Source: an uncultured Pseudomonadota bacterium (GTDB taxonomy: Bacteria > Oederibacteriota > Muellerivitia > Muellerivitales > Muellerivitaceae). Taken from it: DNA of 64,000 bases. The notes under the pieces are model-generated. The model had not been told where the DNA came from and searched no databases. It saw only the letters and a list, made by a program, of their open reading frames with translations. Numbering within the stretch: the stretch's first letter is position 1; each line of letters starts with the position of its first letter. A program made the translations under genes and the position numbers. Below, piece by piece: positions 10,282-20,067 of the stretch. The stretch covers positions 128,001 to 192,000 of the forward strand of contig CAVYRH010000010.1 of NCBI GenBank assembly GCA_963770835.1. The letters are read 5' to 3'.

Positions 10282-10433
10282 AGCCACAGCGCATTCTTCA
10301 TTCGTACCGCAAAGGGCTGAAAAGGATGGTGGAACCCTCCCTGAAGGCCGTCGACCGGGCGAAGCAGTTGAACTTGAAAATGATCAAAGTTTGTTTCGGA
10401 CCTTGCCGCTGCTTTTCGGCACCGAAAAGATAA
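10278..10433 (+). CDS. Small hypothetical basic protein (51 aa, MKPQRILHSYRKG...FSAPKR)
   Basis: ATGA overlap with ftsQ stop and GGGAGGG RBS; below the ORF-track cutoff, translated by hand. Confidence 0.4.
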   Translation: MKPQRILHSYRKGLKRMVEPSLKAVDRAKQLNLKMIKVCFGPCRCFSAPKR

Positions 10434-10496
10434 TCTCATGCGAAAACAACGGAAGCAGAACTTGAACTTAAAAACCGAATCAAAGGGGGTGGTTGA

Positions 10497-11750
10497 ATGG
10501 CTAAGGAAATGAAGCAAGACATAGTGGTGGGGTTGGACCTGGGGACAACCAAGGTCTGCACCATCATCGGCGAACAGGATGACGAGGGACAGGTTCACAT
10601 CATCGGGGTAGGTACAACACCCTCCACGGGTCTTAAAAAGGGGTCGGTGGTTAACATCGAACAAACCATCGCCTCCATCAAGAAATCCGTCCAAGACGCC
10701 GAACGCATGGCGGGCGTGGAGATTTCATCGGCCTATGCTGGCGTGGCGGGCGGGCATATCAAAGGTTTGAACAGCCGCGGGGTCATCGCGGTTTCCAGGA
10801 AGGATAAGGAAATCACTGAGGACGACCGGGAAAGGGTGATCGAGGCGGCCCAAGCCATCGCCATTCCCCTGGATCGGGAGATTATCCACGTCATCCCGCA
10901 GGAATACATCGTAGACGACCAGGACGGTATCAAAAACCCAGTGGGAATGTCAGGAGTGAGGCTGGAAGCCGAGGTACACGTGGTGACGGGCGCCGTTACC
11001 AGCGTGCAGAATATCGTGAGGAGTGTTGAACGGGCCGGCCTGCAAGTAGCAGATATCATTTTGCAACCGCTTGCTTCCGCCGAAGCCATCCTCTCGGCCG
11101 ATGAGAAAGAACTGGGAGTGGTTTTGGTCGACATCGGCGGCGGGACCACCGACATCGCGGTCTTCATCAACGGCTCCCTTTGGCACACCGGGATCATCAC
11201 CCTGGGGGGCACGTTGGTGACCAGCGACGTGGCGGTCGGGTTGCGCACCCCCAACACGGAAGCCGAAAGCATCAAGATCCAATATGGCTGCGCTTACACA
11301 GCCATGGTGAAGGAAGAAGAGGAAATCACCGTGCCCGGCGTGGGAGGACGGCCCGATCGGCGTATGCCGCGGCGGGTCCTCTCCGAGATTATCGAGGCCC
11401 GTATGGAGGAGATATTTGAGTTGGTGGGAGCGGAGCTGAAAAAGCACGGTTTCGAGGACCGGATCCCGGCGGGGGCGGTGTTCACGGGTGGGGCTGCCCT
11501 GATGGAAGGCACCGCCGAACTTGCCGAGAAAATCCTCCAGCTGCCCGTGAGGATCGGCTCTCCCAAACGGGTGGGCGGGCTGACGGATGTGGTGTCCAAC
11601 CCCAGTTATTCAACGGCTGTGGGGCTGGTATTGATGGGCATGCAATCCCAAAACCAGCAGGGCGGCAAGAAGGGGCAGGGCTTTTCCGGCGCCGACGCCT
11701 TCGGGAACATCCTCAGCCGCATGAAGAAATGGTTCGGAGATTCTATCTGA
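10497..11750 (+). CDS. ftsA: Cell division protein FtsA
   Basis: GLDLGTTKV, NPVGMSGVRLE, VDIGGGTTD, TGGAA, C-terminal amphipathic RMKKWF. Confidence 0.98.
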   Translation: MAKEMKQDIVVGLDLGTTKVCTIIGEQDDEGQVHIIGVGTTPSTGLKKGSVVNIEQTIASIKKSVQDAERMAGVEISSAYAGVAGGHIKGLNSRGVIAVSRKDKEITEDDRERVIEAAQAIAIPLDREIIHVIPQEYIVDDQDGIKNPVGMSGVRLEAEVHVVTGAVTSVQNIVRSVERAGLQVADIILQPLASAEAILSADEKELGVVLVDIGGGTTDIAVFINGSLWHTGIITLGGTLVTSDVAVGLRTPNTEAESIKIQYGCAYTAMVKEEEEITVPGVGGRPDRRMPRRVLSEIIEARMEEIFELVGAELKKHGFEDRIPAGAVFTGGAALMEGTAELAEKILQLPVRIGSPKRVGGLTDVVSNPSYSTAVGLVLMGMQSQNQQGGKKGQGFSGADAFGNILSRMKKWFGDSI

Positions 11751-11865
11751 AAAGTTTGAAGTAAGGAATTGGGTAGGGAGCCTTCATAAAAGATGGGGAG
11801 GCAGACGGCAAGCTGGTAGCCGAAGGATACCGGCAACAACGAAGTTAAAAGAGGGGGAAAAAGAA

Positions 11866-13029
11866 ATGATCGAGTTCGCGGAAGACGATGTGACGCAGTA
11901 CCTGGCCCATTTGAAGGTTATTGGAGTGGGCGGCGGCGGATGCAACGCTGTCAATAAGATGATCGAAGCCGGGATCGAAGGGGTGGAATGCATCGCGGCC
12001 AATACGGATTACAAGTCCTTAAGACGCAGCAAGGCAATCAAGAAAATCCAGCTGGGCAAGGCACTGACGAAGGGGTTGGGCTCGGGGGGAAATCCCACGA
12101 TCGGCAAGGAAGCCGCCCTGGAATCGACCGACGAGATCCACAAGTGCCTGGAGGGCGCCGATATGGTGGTGGTGGCCGCCGGCATGGGTGGGGGCACCGG
12201 TACGGGCGCCGCACCCGTGGTGGCTGAAATCTCAAAAAAACTGGGGATTTTGACGGTGGGTGTGGTGAGCCGACCTTTTGAGCACGAGGGCCCGGTCCGG
12301 AAGGCCCAGGCTGAGGATGGGCTTCGCGCCATGCTGCCCCATGTGGATGCCATTGTGGTGATTCCCAACGAGCGCATCAATCTGGTGTGCGAGCAGGACA
12401 TTGAACTGTCCTCCGCCTTCGCCCGAGTGGATGAGGTGCTGGTGCAGGCCATCCAGGGTATTTCGGTGATCATCCACTCCGAAGGAATCATCAACCGCGA
12501 CTTCGCCGACGTGCGGCGCATTTTGACCGCCAAGGGCAAGGTGCTGATGGGCATGGGCGCGGGCACGGGCGAAGACCGGGCCTTGAAAGCCGTGCAAAAG
12601 GCCGTCAACAGCCCCCTCCTGGAGGACGTGGACATCGCCGGTGCCACCGCCGTTTTGGTGCTGGTGACCGCCGGGGCCAACTTCACCCTGAACGAGTTCA
12701 ACCAGATCAACGGGTTCCTCCAAAAGGCCGCCCGCCCCGGGGCCGAGATCATCCCGGGTATCGTGCGGGACGAGAACCTGAAGGACGGGCTGAGGGTCAC
12801 CATCATCGCCACGGGTTTCGACGCCCAGAAGGATCCGGACCAGATGGCGACGGTAATCGACCTGAAAAATTTCGTGACGCCCAATTTCAACACGGCCAAG
12901 GCCAGTTCGTCCCAATCCGCTCCCATGGAAGAGATGGAAGGGGATATGACGCTGAAATTGTCCGATGGGCAATACGATATTCCGGCCTACTTGCGGCGCC
13001 GTTTGGCCAGCAAGCCGTTCCAGAACTGA
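11866..13029 (+). CDS. ftsZ: Cell division protein FtsZ
   Basis: VIGVGGGGCNAV, GMGGGTGTGAAP, NRDFADV, C-terminal DIPAYLRR. Confidence 0.98.
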   Translation: MIEFAEDDVTQYLAHLKVIGVGGGGCNAVNKMIEAGIEGVECIAANTDYKSLRRSKAIKKIQLGKALTKGLGSGGNPTIGKEAALESTDEIHKCLEGADMVVVAAGMGGGTGTGAAPVVAEISKKLGILTVGVVSRPFEHEGPVRKAQAEDGLRAMLPHVDAIVVIPNERINLVCEQDIELSSAFARVDEVLVQAIQGISVIIHSEGIINRDFADVRRILTAKGKVLMGMGAGTGEDRALKAVQKAVNSPLLEDVDIAGATAVLVLVTAGANFTLNEFNQINGFLQKAARPGAEIIPGIVRDENLKDGLRVTIIATGFDAQKDPDQMATVIDLKNFVTPNFNTAKASSSQSAPMEEMEGDMTLKLSDGQYDIPAYLRRRLASKPFQN

Positions 13030-13101
13030 AAACCAGCTGGCGGCCGTTGGTCTTCAGCCCGCCATAGGGCACGGACCAACGATTGTCGAGAAAGAAAAAG
13101 A

Positions 13102-14391
13102 ATGCTGAAAGAGCGGTTCGGCAAAACGATAAAGATTTTAGGTTTGGCATCAGCGGCATTCACGGTGCCGTTGATGGCCTTTTCCCAGGACTACAAGGAG
13201 ATCGATCTTTCTCCCTTGCCAGTCCTGGATTCATCCCAGGCAACGAAAACGCCGGTGGCTTCGGTTTTCGGCTCCGTTTCAACGCTGGGGATGAATGATG
13301 AACCTTTTTTTGTGCTTTGCTACCACCGTTTCTTGAACCATGTGGATGAAGACGAGGACTTAACCACGGCCGAGTACCAAATGCCGTTGGAAGAGTTTAA
13401 GTGGCAGATGCAGTACTTGAAGGATAATGGGTTCCATCCCATTTCCAAGGAACAGCTGATGGGTTACTGGTTTCAAGGGAAACCCCTCCCCTTGAAACCG
13501 GTCCTCATCACTTTTGACGACGGGTTCCGCACCGTTTACCGGGACGCATTTCCTGTGATCAAGGCCGACGGTTATCCCACGATCCTCTTTCTCTATACGA
13601 AATTCATCGAATACAGGGAATTGGCGATGAAAAAGAAGGACGAGAAAGGGAAAAAGAACAAGACCCCGAGGAAATTTGAGGCTCTGGAAGACGCCGACAT
13701 TTTGGAAATGGAAAAGTCGGGGATGATCGTGGAATCCCACACTGCCAACCACTTGAATCTGGGGTTAGAGGGTGAGAAAAGAAGTGCCGCCGATGCGCAA
13801 AAACTATGGACCTACGAGCTGAACCAGCCTTTGACCTTCATCGAAACCCGGTTCAAAAACAAACCCGACTGGCTGGCCTATCCTTATGGGGTTTACGATC
13901 CAGGCGTCCTTGAGACGGTTGAACAGGAGGGCTATAAGCTGGCTTTCACCGTGAATCCCGGCCCGAACGACCGGACCATCCCCCCCTTGATGCTCAAACG
14001 CAACTTAATTCTTTATCCCATCAGTCACCAGAGATTTGCCGATATTTTCAAGGATAGGGTTCTACACCTGAAAAACCTCTCGCCCGGCGACGGCGACTTG
14101 ATTGATAGCCAGGAGCCGGTCATTACGGCTGAAATTTTGGATGATGTCGTGCCTAAGTCCGTCAAACTCCAGATCGGGAACCATGTCATGCGGGTTCAAT
14201 TTGATCCCCAAACCCATATATTTCGCCACCAAATCGGAGAGCCCTTACCACGGGGAGGGCATATCCTGACCGCCCTTGCTACGGATAAAAACGGGAGTAC
14301 CCGTGTTTTTAACTGGTATTTCCGGATTAAACACCAAGCGCTGGAAAAAAACTCCAAGGATACTGGTGTCAATGATGCCATTGAAAATTAA
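13102..14391 (+). CDS. Secreted polysaccharide deacetylase (CE4, PgaB/IcaB-like) with C-terminal beta-rich domain
   Basis: Signal peptide; LCYHRF, ITFDDG, ESHTANH, AYPYG motifs. Confidence 0.85.
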   Translation: MLKERFGKTIKILGLASAAFTVPLMAFSQDYKEIDLSPLPVLDSSQATKTPVASVFGSVSTLGMNDEPFFVLCYHRFLNHVDEDEDLTTAEYQMPLEEFKWQMQYLKDNGFHPISKEQLMGYWFQGKPLPLKPVLITFDDGFRTVYRDAFPVIKADGYPTILFLYTKFIEYRELAMKKKDEKGKKNKTPRKFEALEDADILEMEKSGMIVESHTANHLNLGLEGEKRSAADAQKLWTYELNQPLTFIETRFKNKPDWLAYPYGVYDPGVLETVEQEGYKLAFTVNPGPNDRTIPPLMLKRNLILYPISHQRFADIFKDRVLHLKNLSPGDGDLIDSQEPVITAEILDDVVPKSVKLQIGNHVMRVQFDPQTHIFRHQIGEPLPRGGHILTALATDKNGSTRVFNWYFRIKHQALEKNSKDTGVNDAIEN

Positions 14392-15721
14392 GCATAATCC
14401 CTCAATCTGGGTTTTTCTGTCATTTTTCGTTTTGGGATCTTTTTCATTCGGCGCGGATGATTTTATAACCCTTAAATATGCGGACGGAAAAAGTGAAGCC
14501 CGGGTCCAGGTCCTTCGTGATATGAAAGCCAAGGCTTATCTTCCTTTGATGGAGGTGGCCCGGTTTTATGGAGTTGAAGTTCAGTTTGATTCCCAAACCC
14601 GTAAGGTGTCCCTTACAAATGGGAAGGTACACGGAAACTTAGCTCTTTCCCAGCCTCTTTTTATGGCGACCGATCCGGATATGGCCGTGCCAATTGAACC
14701 CGTGGAAATGATTGCGGGCCGTTTAGGTATTCCTTCTTCCTCTGTTGAGGATGTTTTTGGAACCATCATGGATACCCAGGTCAGCTATTCACCCGATCAA
14801 CAAACTATTATGGCCGGAGGGGTGCGTGACGATGAGTTGCGTACAGCCTCCCCGGCCCAGCCAGTGACAAATTCGTCCGCCGTCCCCGCCACTCCCCCCA
14901 CCGTGGGGGTCACGCAAGTGGCCGTTTCCACGGTGGTTCCCACCTTGGAAGCGGCTTCAGCCGCAGAGGTGGAAATACCTGAAACTCAACCCGTCCGCAG
15001 TCTAGAAGAAGAACCATCATCCAACCAAACCATGCAGGTCCGACGGATCATCATCGATGCCGGACACGGAGGAACGGATGCCGGAGCGCCGGGTCTTGAC
15101 AAACGGTATGTGGAAAAGGAAGCCACGTTGGAAATAGCCCAAAAGGTTGCAGCTTATTTAAAACAGGAGAATCCGAACCTTGAAGTGTTCCTGACCCGGC
15201 ACGGTGATTATTATATTACGCTCAAATACCGCACCGATTTCGCAAATGCCCACGGTGCCGATCTTTTCGTGTCAATTCACTGTAACTCGAATCCACGAAA
15301 GGAGGCCCATGGCACAGAGATTTACCGGTACGGAGCCAAGGCTTCCAATAAATGGGCGGCTATGGCGGCCGAGCGTGAAAACGGACGGAACAAGGATAAC
15401 GAGTCCTCAATATTGATAGAACTTAAAAAGGATAGCTATAAAAAATACAGTCAAAAGCTTGCTGAGATTGTTGAAAAATCCATTGAAGAACGTTTGGGGC
15501 AGCATTTTCGAAATATCCAATACGCGCCCTTTTACGTCTTAGCCCACGCGGATATGCCGGCCATCTTGGTGGAAACCGCCTTTATCAGCAATCAAAAGGA
15601 GGAAAACAAGTTGAGGGACCCTTATTGGAAGGACAATATGGCTAAGGCTATCGCGGAAGGCATCCTCGGCTACAAGGACGTTGTGGAGGGAAACAGTGAA
15701 AACAAACAAGCTCGGCGCTGA
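14372..15721 (+). CDS. N-acetylmuramoyl-L-alanine amidase (Amidase_3, AmiC-like)
   Basis: IDAGHGGTDAGA, EK, SIHCNS, ILVETAFISN; signal peptide and Pro/Thr-rich linker. Confidence 0.92.
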   Translation: MMPLKIKHNPSIWVFLSFFVLGSFSFGADDFITLKYADGKSEARVQVLRDMKAKAYLPLMEVARFYGVEVQFDSQTRKVSLTNGKVHGNLALSQPLFMATDPDMAVPIEPVEMIAGRLGIPSSSVEDVFGTIMDTQVSYSPDQQTIMAGGVRDDELRTASPAQPVTNSSAVPATPPTVGVTQVAVSTVVPTLEAASAAEVEIPETQPVRSLEEEPSSNQTMQVRRIIIDAGHGGTDAGAPGLDKRYVEKEATLEIAQKVAAYLKQENPNLEVFLTRHGDYYITLKYRTDFANAHGADLFVSIHCNSNPRKEAHGTEIYRYGAKASNKWAAMAAERENGRNKDNESSILIELKKDSYKKYSQKLAEIVEKSIEERLGQHFRNIQYAPFYVLAHADMPAILVETAFISNQKEENKLRDPYWKDNMAKAIAEGILGYKDVVEGNSENKQARR

Positions 15722-16532
15722 GGCGCTTCAGCAAGAGAATGGCGGGATCACTACGATAACATTTCCCCGCTTGGCCGATGAGAAGGTCCTGAAACACGCT
15801 ATTTCAACCCGGGTTGGCGGGGTTAGCAAGGGGACCTACCGGTCCCTCAATATCAGCCACAAAGTCCAAGATGATCCGTCGCGCGTGAAGGAAAATCGCG
15901 CTCTTTTGTCCCGGTCTGCGGGAATGGATCTGCGACAAATGGTTTATGCCGATCAAGTCCACGGTGACCAGGTTTTAAAATTGGATGCTGCCAACTATCC
16001 GCCGGGAGGTGGCTCGTTGGGGGAAGGCGACGGACTGATCACGCAGGAAAAGGGTATTCCGCTCATGCTCCTCGTGGCGGATTGTCTTCCCGTCATTTTT
16101 TATGATCCGACCCACCAAGCGGTCGGGTTATCCCATGCGGGTTGGAGGGGAACCGTGTGTCATATTGCGGCTAAGACACTACTAGCCATGGGGGAAGCCT
16201 ATGGAACCCGGCCGGAAGAAGTGAGGGTTGTATTAGGCCCCTGCATTGGAGCCTGCTGTTATGAGGTCGGGGCGGATGTTTTCAGGGAGTTTTCGGAAGT
16301 CTTTCCTTGGGCGGGAGAGGTTTTTCAAGGAACCTCCCCCGGGTATTGGAAACTCGATTTGGCGGAGGCCAACGCCCGCCAATTGCTTGAAATAGGCCTG
16401 AAAGACGGGAATTTAATAAGATCGGGGTTATGTACGATTCGCCATAACAGCCTGTTTTATTCCCATCGAGCGGAGGGGTCGGGAGCTGAACCAACCGGTC
16501 GGTTTGGTAGTTTTATTATGTTAAACAGTTAA
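15696..16532 (+). CDS. pgeF: Peptidoglycan editing factor / purine nucleoside phosphorylase (YfiH/YlmD family)
   Basis: STRVGGVS, QVHG, VADCLPV, HAGWRG, GPCIGACCYEV, FYSHR; GGAGG RBS then GTG. Confidence 0.92.
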   Translation: MKTNKLGAEALQQENGGITTITFPRLADEKVLKHAISTRVGGVSKGTYRSLNISHKVQDDPSRVKENRALLSRSAGMDLRQMVYADQVHGDQVLKLDAANYPPGGGSLGEGDGLITQEKGIPLMLLVADCLPVIFYDPTHQAVGLSHAGWRGTVCHIAAKTLLAMGEAYGTRPEEVRVVLGPCIGACCYEVGADVFREFSEVFPWAGEVFQGTSPGYWKLDLAEANARQLLEIGLKDGNLIRSGLCTIRHNSLFYSHRAEGSGAEPTGRFGSFIMLNS

Positions 16533-16564
16533 CATGTGATAATATTGGTTTATGGAGGGTAGCG

Positions 16565-17257
16565 ATGGGTAGATTATCGAAAATTCTGGGTCCATTCTCT
16601 CTAGCTTGGCTCCTTGTGACGGCCGTAGCGGCCCAAACCGCTCAAACGGTTGAAGCACCTAAACCAGTCAATGATTATTACCAATCAGCGCTTCAAGCGT
16701 ATTTGACCGGTGATTTTGACGAAGCCATTTTATGGGACTCGAAAGCCCTGCAAGTGGACCCGCAGGACAAGAAAGCCAGCGCGCTCCTCAGTATTCTCGT
16801 TTCTGAAAAAGACACAGCCAATAAAACGGTGATTTGGATAGGCGGAAAACCAACGGTCGTCGAGAATGCGCTCGCGAACCAGGTCCCTCAAGTTCCCGTG
16901 ACTATTTACAAAGATAGGACAGGCCGTTCCGCCGCAGTTGAAAGCAGGAAAATGCAGGAATTAGAGACTCGCGTGCAAACTGTTGCTTTTCTGATGGAAA
17001 GAGATTCTTTCAACCAATATCGCGAACTTAGCGGCGCACAAGTCCAGACAAACAAAAACCTAGAAGAAATTTCCTTGAATCTCAAAGGACTGGGATTTGG
17101 GATGTGGATTTTATTCATCCTGGTCCTTGCGGTGGCGAGTCTCTCCCTCTGGAAAAGCTGGAAGAATGGCGAAGAGATAAAAAGACAAGCCGAATCATTC
17201 CACCGAACCGCTCCCACGGAAGAAAAGGGCCGGGTCATCAAAATTCACCGGATGTAA
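16565..17257 (+). CDS. Hypothetical exported protein with a TPR-like motif, coiled coil and C-terminal TM
   Basis: Signal peptide; YYQSALQAYLTGDFDEAI..KALQVDP; hydrophobic segment near the C-terminus; GGAGG RBS. Confidence 0.7.
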   Translation: MGRLSKILGPFSLAWLLVTAVAAQTAQTVEAPKPVNDYYQSALQAYLTGDFDEAILWDSKALQVDPQDKKASALLSILVSEKDTANKTVIWIGGKPTVVENALANQVPQVPVTIYKDRTGRSAAVESRKMQELETRVQTVAFLMERDSFNQYRELSGAQVQTNKNLEEISLNLKGLGFGMWILFILVLAVASLSLWKSWKNGEEIKRQAESFHRTAPTEEKGRVIKIHRM

Positions 17258-17297
17258 CTTGTTGGGCCACTTTGTTTAAACCCAAAAAGAGGAAGCT

Positions 17298-17480
17298 ATG
17301 GCGAATTGGATCAGGGAAATATTGATAAAACTTTACCTCTTGGACAGGCCTGTTGCCCAACGGGACAAAAAGGACCGGCGTAAGGTGGAAAGACGTTGGA
17401 AAGGTTCTGAAGGTGATTTTCCGAAACCTACGCGCGACTCCCGCCGGAAAAAAGAGAGACGGAAGAAAAAAAGAAGGTAA
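17298..17480 (+). CDS. Small Arg/Lys-rich hypothetical protein (60 aa)
   Basis: AAGAGGA RBS; DRRKVERR and SRRKKERR repeats. Confidence 0.55.
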   Translation: MANWIREILIKLYLLDRPVAQRDKKDRRKVERRWKGSEGDFPKPTRDSRRKKERRKKKRR

Positions 17481-17516
17481 TGGCCGGGCGTTGGAATAAA
17501 TTCCGACTTCTTGTAA

Positions 17517-18545
17517 TCAGGATTGGCGCACTACCAATTGGGTCGGGATAAGAACCTGCCGGGTTTTCCAATCGTTGGGGTGTTGTATCTTCTCGATGAG
17601 TATTCGGGCAGCTTGTGTACTGATCGCCTGGTAATCCTGCCGGATGGTGGTAAGGAAATAAGGCGGAGCCGAGGCTTGGGGGATGTCATCGAACCCCACT
17701 AAAGCGATATCCTTTCCCACTGTCAGACCTTCTTCGACGATGCTATCCCAGGCACCTAACGCCATCAAATCATTCGAGGCGAAAACCGCGGTGGGCCTGT
17801 CTCTCAGAGCCAACAGCTTTTTCATGGCCCGCGTGCCAGAGCCCTTGCTGAAATCTCCCCCGACAACGTACTCCTCTGGTATCGGAAAGCCATACCGTCT
17901 CACGGCTTGTTGAAATTCCCTTAAACGGTCCGCCGCGTTCCCGGATATCGCCACTTCCCCGGTGATACAAGCGATTTTTTTGTATCCCCGGTTTACCAGG
18001 TGGCCCACCACCTCATCGACCGCTTTGACGTTGTCACTGTCAACGTAATCCACAGAGGGATCATTGACGCGGCACCCGATAAGGACCAGTGGAACCTGGA
18101 AATCTTTGAGTTGGTGCATTTCCTCCGCTTTGAGGTAAGGGGAAACCATCAAAACCCCGTCAACTGCGTTGCGGGCGACCCGTCGGTTGACTTCCTGAAG
18201 GTCGAAAATTCCGGAGAGGGTGTTCATCAAGAGGCCGTAACGTTTTTCCTGGACGACATCGTTGATACCGTTCAAGAGACCGAGATACCACTCGTTTTCC
18301 AGGTTAATTTGGATGCTTGACCAGGAAAAACAAACTTCGATCAAGTTAAACTGTTTCACCACCAGGCTTCGGGCGAAGGGATCGGTTTTGAAATTTAAAT
18401 CTAGGACGGCTTTTAAAACCTTTTGCCGGGTTTCTTCCTTCATGTTGGTTTTGTTATTCAAGGCGCGGGAAACCGTTGAAATCGAAACGCCAGCCCTGTC
18501 GGCGACGTCATAAATCGTTGGGTTTGGGTTGTGCTTGTGTTTCAA
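17517..18545 (-). CDS. LacI-family transcriptional regulator
   Basis: TIYDVADRAGVSISTVSRALN HTH; PTAVFASNDLMALG, VGFDD, LTTIRQ. Confidence 0.95.
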   Translation of the reverse strand: MKHKHNPNPTIYDVADRAGVSISTVSRALNNKTNMKEETRQKVLKAVLDLNFKTDPFARSLVVKQFNLIEVCFSWSSIQINLENEWYLGLLNGINDVVQEKRYGLLMNTLSGIFDLQEVNRRVARNAVDGVLMVSPYLKAEEMHQLKDFQVPLVLIGCRVNDPSVDYVDSDNVKAVDEVVGHLVNRGYKKIACITGEVAISGNAADRLREFQQAVRRYGFPIPEEYVVGGDFSKGSGTRAMKKLLALRDRPTAVFASNDLMALGAWDSIVEEGLTVGKDIALVGFDDIPQASAPPYFLTTIRQDYQAISTQAARILIEKIQHPNDWKTRQVLIPTQLVVRQS

Positions 18546-18631
18546 AGATTTTGTCCATTCCGTGGCTATTTATCGTATATATCATATCTTTTATAAAGTG
18601 TTTCACTGTCAATAAAATGCACAAGGAACTC

Positions 18632-18958
18632 ATGAAATCCTCACGCCCGCCCATACTCACTGTTTTCATTGTCGCCGGCCTCGTCGGATGTTTTTTAAAA
18701 ATGTTCATGGTCATTTCGCCCGCCGCCCACTCCGTGGCCCATTGGTACCCTCTTTACCTCTCCCTCAGCACCACTTACGAGACGATTTGTTTAGGAGGCT
18801 TGGGATTCATGAAGAAATGGGCGGTCCTCGCTTACAGCGGTTATGCGGTAGCCAACCAGCTTGTGTATTTAGCTTTGGGAAATTGGAACGCCTATGCCCT
18901 TGTCCCCTCGCTGGCTATCACCATGGTTAGCTGGATTTATTTTCGAAGGATGAATTGA
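18632..18958 (+). CDS. Small multi-pass membrane protein
   Basis: About four hydrophobic segments; AAGGA RBS; overlaps the start of the next gene. Confidence 0.6.
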   Translation: MKSSRPPILTVFIVAGLVGCFLKMFMVISPAAHSVAHWYPLYLSLSTTYETICLGGLGFMKKWAVLAYSGYAVANQLVYLALGNWNAYALVPSLAITMVSWIYFRRMN

Positions 18959-19968
18959 TGATCCAAGGCACCCTGGTCTTACCCCGGCCCTTTTCTTTGG
19001 GCCTCACCCTCCTTTGCGGACAGTGTTTTCGTTGGGAAGGTCCCGACTTGAATGGGTTCTTGCAAGGAATCGCGGGGCAGGTTTTTTGGCGTTTAAGGCA
19101 GGAGGAAGACTGGCTTCATTGGGAATGTAGTTCGGAACTAGTCCAAAGCCGGTCGGCTTCCGATTGGCTTTCCCATTACTTATGCCTGGATGACGACCTT
19201 GGGAATTGGGCCCGTTCCTTGGAATCGGACCCAATCCTGGGTGACCCCTTAAAAATACTAAGTGGGCTCCGTCTATTGCGGCAGGATCCATGGGAATGCA
19301 CCATTTCTTACATGTTCGCGCAAGGGTTGTCGGTCACCGTGATCCGCCAAGCCTTGAGGAAATTTTGTGTGGAATATGGCCGGCTCATTCCAGGAGCGCC
19401 CGGTTTTTATGCTTTTCCCGAAGCGGGAAGGTTGACCCACCTTTCCCCGGATTTTTTGCGGCCTTTTACCAATAATTACAGGGCCCGGGCAGACCGGATC
19501 ATCCGGATGGCCAGGGTGGTCGAGGCAAAAGTGATCTCCCTGGAACATTTAAGGGGTATTTCCTGTGATGACGCCCGGGAGGCACTTATGGCCCTAGACG
19601 GAATTGGCCCCAAAATCGCCGATTGCATCCTGCTTTTCTCAATGGGACAGGTTTCGGCCTTCCCGGTCGACCGATGGGTATTGAGGGCCATGAAAAAGTA
19701 CTTCCCTGCAGTCAAGCTGTTGGGTTCCGCACGGGAAGCACCTACGCCCTCCCAATATTTAAAGATCGTACAGAAGGCGAGGGTCGCTTTTGGCGACCGT
19801 TGCGGGTTGGCCAGTGAATATCTCTTCCTGTACTTGAGATTGTTGGAGGAAGAAAAGCTTCTTCGGGAATTATCCCGGTTTTGCCAATTTCCTGACCGAT
19901 TATTGAACCTCCAACCGACCAACCAGTCCGGCAGTAAAATAAAAAAAAACCGGGCTTCTTTCCCTTGA
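18955..19968 (+). CDS. 8-oxoguanine DNA glycosylase (OGG1-like, HhH-GPD)
   Basis: TLLCGQCFRW, GLRLLRQDPWEC, LDGIGPKIADCILLF, FPVDRWV. Confidence 0.88.
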   Translation: MMIQGTLVLPRPFSLGLTLLCGQCFRWEGPDLNGFLQGIAGQVFWRLRQEEDWLHWECSSELVQSRSASDWLSHYLCLDDDLGNWARSLESDPILGDPLKILSGLRLLRQDPWECTISYMFAQGLSVTVIRQALRKFCVEYGRLIPGAPGFYAFPEAGRLTHLSPDFLRPFTNNYRARADRIIRMARVVEAKVISLEHLRGISCDDAREALMALDGIGPKIADCILLFSMGQVSAFPVDRWVLRAMKKYFPAVKLLGSAREAPTPSQYLKIVQKARVAFGDRCGLASEYLFLYLRLLEEEKLLRELSRFCQFPDRLLNLQPTNQSGSKIKKNRASFP

Positions 19969-20067
19969 AGTACTTTATAAATAACTCCAGAAAAAATATA
20001 ATAAGGAACCTTAGAAGTAAAAGCGGACTGTTAAGCCAGCCCCTTAAATCAAATTACAGGTCGACTT

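Noticed and set aside
18590..18612. LacI operator/promoter (minus strand TTGACAGTGAAACACTTTAT)
   Set aside because: Weak symmetry and no properly spaced -10
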